Source of the DNA: Chiloscyllium plagiosum | Lineage: Eukaryota | Assembly: GCF_004010195.1 (NCBI RefSeq) | Contig: NC_057759.1 | Coordinates: 900,112 to 944,131 of the forward strand | Direction: 5' to 3' | Length of the DNA: 44,020 nt | Shown: positions 38,621-44,020 of the stretch, one piece after another | Position numbering within the stretch: the stretch's first letter is position 1 | Layout of the letters: every line of letters starts with the position of its first letter | Translations under genes and position numbers: made by a program | Notes under the pieces: generated by a model | Told to the model about the DNA's origin: nothing | Database searches by the model: none | Seen by the model: only the letters and a program-made list of their open reading frames with translations

Positions 38621-38937
38621 GGGCGGCACGGTGGCACAGTGGTTGGCACTGCTGCCTCACAGCGCCAGAGACCCGGGTTCAATTCCCGCCTCAGGCGACT
38701 GACTGTGTGGAGTTTGCACGTTCTCCCCGTGTCTGCGTGGGTTTCCTCCGGGTGCTCCGGTTTCCTCCCACAGTCCAAAGATGTGCAGGGCCAGGTGAAT
38801 TAGCCATACTAAATTGCCCGTAGTTTTAGGTAAGGGGTAAATGTAGGGGTATGGGTGGGTTTCGCTTCGGCGGGTCGGTGTGGACTTGTTGGGCTGAAGG
38901 GCCTGTTTCCACACTGTAATGTAATCTAAATCTAATC
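38621..38937 (+). mobile_element. Full-length young HE1-type V-SINE
   Basis: A box TGGCACAGTGG (38632-38642), B box GGTTCAATTCC (38676-38686), V-domain gtgtggagtttgcacgttctccccgtgtctgcgtgggtttcc, CR1-like tail gggctgaagggcctgtttcc and an (aatct)n-like end. Confidence 0.93.
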
Positions 38938-39499
38938 AATGAGGCCCAGTTTAAGGTGAGGCTCAGTATAATATCTGGCACAATTTAGGATAAGGCCTGG
39001 TGTGAGATCTGGCCTAGTTTAGAATGAGGCCCAGTTTAGGATGAAGTGCAACGTACGATGCATCCAATTTTATGATAGGGCCTAGTTGACGATCTGAAAT
39101 AAAAGTGTGACGCTCACCTTAGTGTGAGGCCAAGTTTGGAATGTGGCCCGGTTTATGGTGAGGCTCAGTTTGAGATGTGGTCTAGTTCAAGGTGAGGCCC
39201 AGTTGGGATGTGGCCCTGTTGAGGGTGAGGCCCAGTTTGGCTTGTGGCCCAGTTTAGTTTGAGGCCCACTTTAGAATGTGGCCCAGTTTAGGGTGAGGCC
39301 CTCTTGGGATCTGGCCCTGATTAGGGTGAGGCACATTTTGGAATGTGGTCCAGTTTAGGATGAGACCCCGTTTGGAATGTGGCCCAGTTTAGGGCAAGGT
39401 CCAGTTTGGACTGTGGTCCTGTATGAATGAGGCCCAGTTTGGGATATGGCCCAGTTTAGGATGAGGCCCATTTTCAGAAATCGCCTAGTATAGTGTGAA

Positions 39500-39744
39500 G
39501 CAGAAGTGGGTACTGCAGATGCAGGAGATGAGAGTCAAGGTTAGACTGGCGCTGGAAAAGCATAGCACGTCAGTCAGCACCCGAGTTGAAGGAATATCAA
39601 CTTTTCATGCAAAAAAAAACTCTTCATCAGGAATGAGACTCATCATTCCTGATTAAGGGATTTTGCCTGAAACATTGAATTTCCTCCTCCTCAGATGCTG
39701 TCTGAACTGCTGTGCTTTACCAGCACCACTCTAACCTTGACTCT
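39500..39744. mobile_element. Degenerate palindromic Penelope-derived insertion in the satellite
   Basis: Arms agagtcaaggttagactgg...catcaggaatga / tcattcctgatt...ctctaaccttgactct. Confidence 0.8.
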
Positions 39745-40368
39745 AGTTCAGTGTGAGGCTCAGTCTGGGATGTCGCCCAGTTTAGGGTGAGGCCCAGTTT
39801 GAGATGTGGCTCAGTTTCAGGTGAGGACTAGTTTGGGATGTGGCCAAGTTGAGGGAAAAACTAGTTTGGGATGGACCAGTTTATTCTGAGGCCCATTTTG
39901 GGATGTGGCCCGGTTTATAATGAAACTCAGTTTGGAATGTGGCCCAATTTAGGGTGAAGCCCAGTACGGGATGTAACCCAATTTAGGGTGAGCCCTAGTT
40001 TGGAATGTGTACCAGTTTACGGTGAGGCCCAGCCTAGTCAGCAAAATGGATAAATCTCCCTGGAGTAGTTAGGTCCTGAAACTAGGTCACAGATCAGTCG
40101 TGTGACTGACTGAAAAGTGGACAGGATCAAGGGGCCGAATGGCCTACTCTTTTCCGATTTCTTCTGGTCCTGATAATCAACATTTAAATCTGGGGAGTTC
40201 GAGAATACCCTTTCTTGGGAGGTGTGGTGGAACTCCTCAGTTCATTGCCGTGCCCCTTGTGAATCGATGAATGGAAAAGTGTGCAGTACAATATATCGTG
40301 TGGTCTCTTTGCAAAAAGGAATGTTGTTTGACACAGAGTACATTCGTCAACACTCAATGTTAACGTAC

Positions 40369-40610
40369 CAATGGTCATCACTTCCAAAGGTTCACTTTGT
40401 GAAAAGATGTTCCCAATTTGTCACTTGTACAAGCCCTCAGTTTTACTGCCAACTCTTCTGCTAAAGTCATAAGATTTAACATTGTAAAGTTATTCTTCCA
40501 CCAAGAAGCCTTTATAAATCTGTTGTTGCACTGAGACTTCAGAGTGAACCACTCCCCTTCTGTCATGACACCATCCCTGGGATTAGTTATGACGACCTCT
40601 GTGGATTGGC
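40369..40610 (-). pseudogene. Disabled C2-type Ig-domain exon, Fc-receptor-like (D1-type)
   Basis: ttgttctgcag|GC...ATTG|gtacgt, phase 1-1, 242 nt (one short of 243). Reads GQSTEVVITNPRDGVMTEGEWFTLKSQCNNRFIKASWWKNN/YNVKSYDFSRRVGSKTEGLYK*QIGNIFSQSEPLEVMTI. Confidence 0.7.
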
Positions 40611-40744
40611 CTGCAGAACAACAATAACAGTCATTTCTAATGAGTAAACCTTCAATTGAAACCATTCACTCTTCATCACAGTTCATGCCTTTGGTTTTTC
40701 TGTCCAATGCAAAATCTGCAGTTGGTCATTTAATCAATGTTTCT

Positions 40745-41325
40745 CCTCCCTAAAGCCTGTCCACCACCCAAACGAGTCATCACCTGAAACTGAGCCGCAT
40801 CTCAAACTGGGCCTCACCCTAAACTGGGCCACATCCCAGACTGAGCCTCACACTGAACTAGAGGCACAAGTCAGGAGCCAGGAGAAGGAATACTCCCCAC
40901 TAGCCTGGATGGGTGCAGCTCTAACAATATTCAAGATGCTTGACACCATCCAGGGAAAAAGCAGTTCCCGTACCATTCCCTCCTCCATTGACACTCAGTA
41001 GCAACAGTGCATACCATTGACGTGGTGACGTAGATCCTGAGACAGCACCTTCCAAACCCATAGCAACTTCCATCCAGAAGGACACAGTATACATGGGAAC
41101 ACCATCCCCTGCAAATACTCCTCTGAGTCACTCACCATCCTGGCTTGGAAATGCATCAGCTGCTGGGTCAAAATCATGGAATTCCCTCTTTGGGGCATTG
41201 TGTGTCTGACTACAGCACGTGGACTGCAGTAGTTAAAGAAGTCAGCTACCCATCACCTTCTCAAGGGGGCAACCAGGGAAGGGAACAATAAATGATGTGC
41301 CCAGCCAGTGATGCCCAGGTCCCAT
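40745..41325 (+). mobile_element. LINE 3' end (RT C-terminus and UTR), interrupted by an inverted satellite copy
   Basis: SLST..//..AQVRSQEKEYSPLAWMGAALTIFKMLDTIQGK. Confidence 0.7.
40767..40863 (-). repeat. Inverted copy of 39741-39837
   Basis: 93/97 identity by manual comparison. Confidence 0.92.
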
Positions 41326-41329
41326 AAGC

Positions 41330-41965
41330 AGAAATGATCTTCAACGGGACTCCACTTCCACAAGCACTGTGCAGGGTCATTCTTACCAATATGGTCAGGG
41401 CAGATGCATCTACAACTGGCAGGTTGGTAAGGATGAGGTCATGTTGTTATTCCCTTTTGTTGGTTCGCACACCACTTGCTGCAGACCCAGTCTAGCAGCT
41501 ATGTTCTTTAGGCCCCGACCAGCTCGATCAATAATGCTTCTGCCGAGCCACTCTTAGTGGTGGACACTGAAATCCTCCACCCAAGTTAGCTTTTGTGCCC
41601 TTGCCATCCTCAGAAATTCCTCAAAGTGTTGTTTATCATGGAGGAATACCGATTCATTAGCTGAGGGAGGACGATACGTGGTATTCAGCAGGAGGTTTCC
41701 TTGCCCATGTTTAACCTGAAGCCATGAGACCTCATGTTGTTCTGAGTCAATGTTGAGGACTAGCCGTGTAACTCCCTCTGGACTGTATCCCATTGTGCAG
41801 CCACCTCTGCTGAGTGTGTCCCACTGCGGGACAGGACATATCAGGGATGGTATTGGTGGTGTCTGGGACATTGTCTGTAAGGTATGATTAAGTGAGTACG
41901 CTGATGACTCTCCCAGTTCTGGTACTAGCCCCCAGAAGTTAGTGAGGAGCTCTCTGCAGGGTCGA
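41330..41965 (-). mobile_element. LINE APE endonuclease fragment
   Basis: HEVSWLQVKHGQGNLLLNTTYRPPSANES...LTWVEDFSVHH. Confidence 0.8.
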
Positions 41966-42099
41966 TAGGGTTGTATCTTCCATTGTCTTTTCCCGTTTCC
42001 AGGTTGATACTGGGTGATCCGTCTGGTTTCATTTCATTGTTGACAGTTTAGAACAATGGATTTTAAAGCTCAGCCATTTCAAAGGGCAGTTAAAGGTTA

Positions 42100-42490
42100 A
42101 CACTGAGAAACGGTTACAGGACTCGACATGTTGACACTGTTTCTGTCTCTCTCCATAGATACAGTCAGACCTATTGAGTTCCTCCAGTACTTTCTGTGTT
42201 TATAACCTGAAAAGTTAACTCTGTTTCTCTCTCTCCCCCCCTCCAAAGATGTTGTGAAACCTGCGCAGTTTCTTCAGCATTTTCTGTGTTTATAACCTGT
42301 AATGTTAACTGTTTCTCACTCTCCACAGATGTTGCTGGACCTGCTGAGTACCTCCAGCACTTTCTGTGTTTCTAACCTGCAATGTCAACTGTGTTCCTCT
42401 CTCCGTAGATGCTTCTAGACCTGCTGGGTTTCTCTGGTACGCTCTGTGTTTATAAGCTGTGACGTTAATTCTGCTTCTCTCTATCTCTCT
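42100..42490 (+). repeat. Tandem repeat of about 80-90 bp (about 4.3 copies), derived from a PLE-like terminal sequence
   Basis: Units gttaactctgtttctctctccacagatg..gacctgctgagt..ctccagcactttctgtgtttataacctg start near 42130, 42214, 42304, 42384 and 42464. Confidence 0.85.
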
Positions 42491-42879
42491 CTTTGTTGCT
42501 TTCTCTCTTCCCCCCCCCCCCCTCCACCAACACACCCCACCCCCACAGACTTGCTAAGATGTTGAAACTTTTGTATTTTTGCTTTCCTGTCCTGATTAAG
42601 ACGAGACAAGTAACCTCAAATAGAATCAGTTCATTCTCCAGGATTATTACTCCCAAGTGAATATCGACAAAGATTCCCAACTTCCGACATTGGCTGGGAT
42701 CTACTTAATGAGTTATTTTACCACGGCAGGGGAGTGTCATGGTCATTGGGATTGACATTCTCAGTAACACCTGGTACAAAATACAGCTTTCTGTCGCTTT
42801 TTAATGTTTAAAAAAGAACATGCCATTGGAACATTGTTGTCAGTTTCAGATCGTTGTAAACTCACAACAGTCTTACCAG

Positions 42880-43062
42880 ATCATTGGGCTGTTCTCTCAT
42901 TAAAGAGCGATGACTGCATGGTGGTTTAACCTGAGGGTCACCACTCCTCAGGCGAGGGGAGGGGTTGAGAAGGAAAGTCCTTCACGGTAACCTCAGCTAG
43001 TGTGGGAACTGAACCCTCGCCACTGGCGTTCCAAAGCAGCTTTCCAAGCTACACCAAACCCA
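42880..43062 (-). mobile_element. Probable tRNA-derived SINE (non-HE1)
   Basis: gggaactgaaccc is a reverse-complement B box near 43004-43016. The body is unlike HE1. Confidence 0.45.
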
Positions 43063-43229
43063 ACCTCTGCCTGGGGCAGGAATCGGAGCTGATAGAGAGT
43101 AATTATAATTCAAATAGCCTTAACCCATACCCAACCCCAACATCATTGGAGCCAAAAATTCTGATTGAGTCCAAAGATTTATCTTAGGAAGAGTAATTGA
43201 ACAGTTTGTGCCGAATCTCGCTGGAGTTT

Positions 43230-44020
43230 AGAGTAGAACATAGAAGAATACAGCGCAGTACAGGCCCTTTGGCCCTCGATGTTGCGCCGATCCAAGCCCA
43301 CCTAACCTATACTAACCCACTATCCTCCATATACCTATCCAATGCCCGCATAAATGCCCTTAAAGAGGGAGAGTCCACCAATGCTACTGGCAGGGCATTC
43401 CATGAACTTACGACTGAGTGAAGAACCTACTCTTAACTTCAGTCCTATATCTACCCCCCCTTAATTTAAAGCTATGCCCCCTTGTAATACCCGACTCCAT
43501 ACGTGGGAAAAGGTTCACACTTTCAACCCTATCTAACCCCCTAATCATCTTGTACACCTCAATCAAGTCACCCCTAAACCTTCTTTTCTCTAATGAAAAC
43601 AGCCCCAAGTGTCTCAGTCTTTCCTCATACGATCTTCCTTCCATACCAGGCAACATCCTGGTAAACCTCCTCTGCACACGTTCCAGTGCCTCCACATCCT
43701 TCCAATAGTATGGCGACCAAAACTGCACACAATATTCCAGATGCGGCCGCACCAGAGTCTTATACAACTGCATCATGACCTCAGGACTCCGGAACTCAAT
43801 TCCTCTACCAATAAAAGCCAGTACGCCATATGCCTTCCTCACCGCACTATTTACCTGGGTGGCAACTTTCAGAGATCTGTGTACATGGACACCAAGATCC
43901 CTCTGCTCATCCACACTACCAAGTATCCGACCATTAGCCCAGTACCCCATCTTTTTGTTACTCTTACCAAAGTGAATCACCTCACACCTACCTACATTGA
44001 ACACCATTTGCCACCTTTCT
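43230..44020 (-). mobile_element. Young CR1 (HER1-like) LINE 3' end, extends beyond the window
   Basis: Open 199-aa frame RDLGVHV...RPHLEYCVQFWSP...RGDLIEVYK...FFTQ, with a small deletion before WNALP and a ttctatgttct tail. Confidence 0.95.

Larger units (their letters stand above)
36690..40033 (+). repeat. Satellite array, 17-bp monomer with 34-bp dimer (gtggcccagtttagggt + gaggcccagtttgggat)
   Basis: Well over 100 degenerate tandem units visible, interrupted by a SINE and a PLE palindrome. Confidence 0.95.

Noticed and set aside
38621..38695. tRNA gene
   Set aside because: It is the tRNA-derived head of a SINE and continues into the V-domain and LINE tail.
36690..40033. CRISPR-like array
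   Set aside because: Contiguous degenerate tandem units with no unique spacers, no cas genes, and a vertebrate context.

Overview
Repeat-dominated vertebrate genomic DNA, almost certainly from a shark (inferred from HE1-type V-SINEs, HER1/CR1 LINEs and a GPR139-like receptor). No intact protein-coding gene is evident. Most of the window is nested, decayed mobile DNA: CR1-clade LINEs, Penelope-like elements (PLEs) of at least three terminal-repeat families, tRNA-derived SINEs, a Gmr1-like Gypsy relic with a SCAN-like gag, solo LTRs and a 3.3-kb 17/34-bp satellite. The host-gene relics are a GPR139/142-like GPCR pseudogene exon and fragments of Fc-receptor-like genes (a split signal peptide with a 21-bp mini-exon, and a disabled C2-type Ig exon). 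The most notable patterns are many minimal type I hammerhead ribozyme motifs in PLE termini, often in short palindromic TSD-flanked insertions, and several local DNA-rearrangement scars. Most short ORFs in the track are by-products of repeats. All calls were made by eye and boundaries are approximate unless stated.
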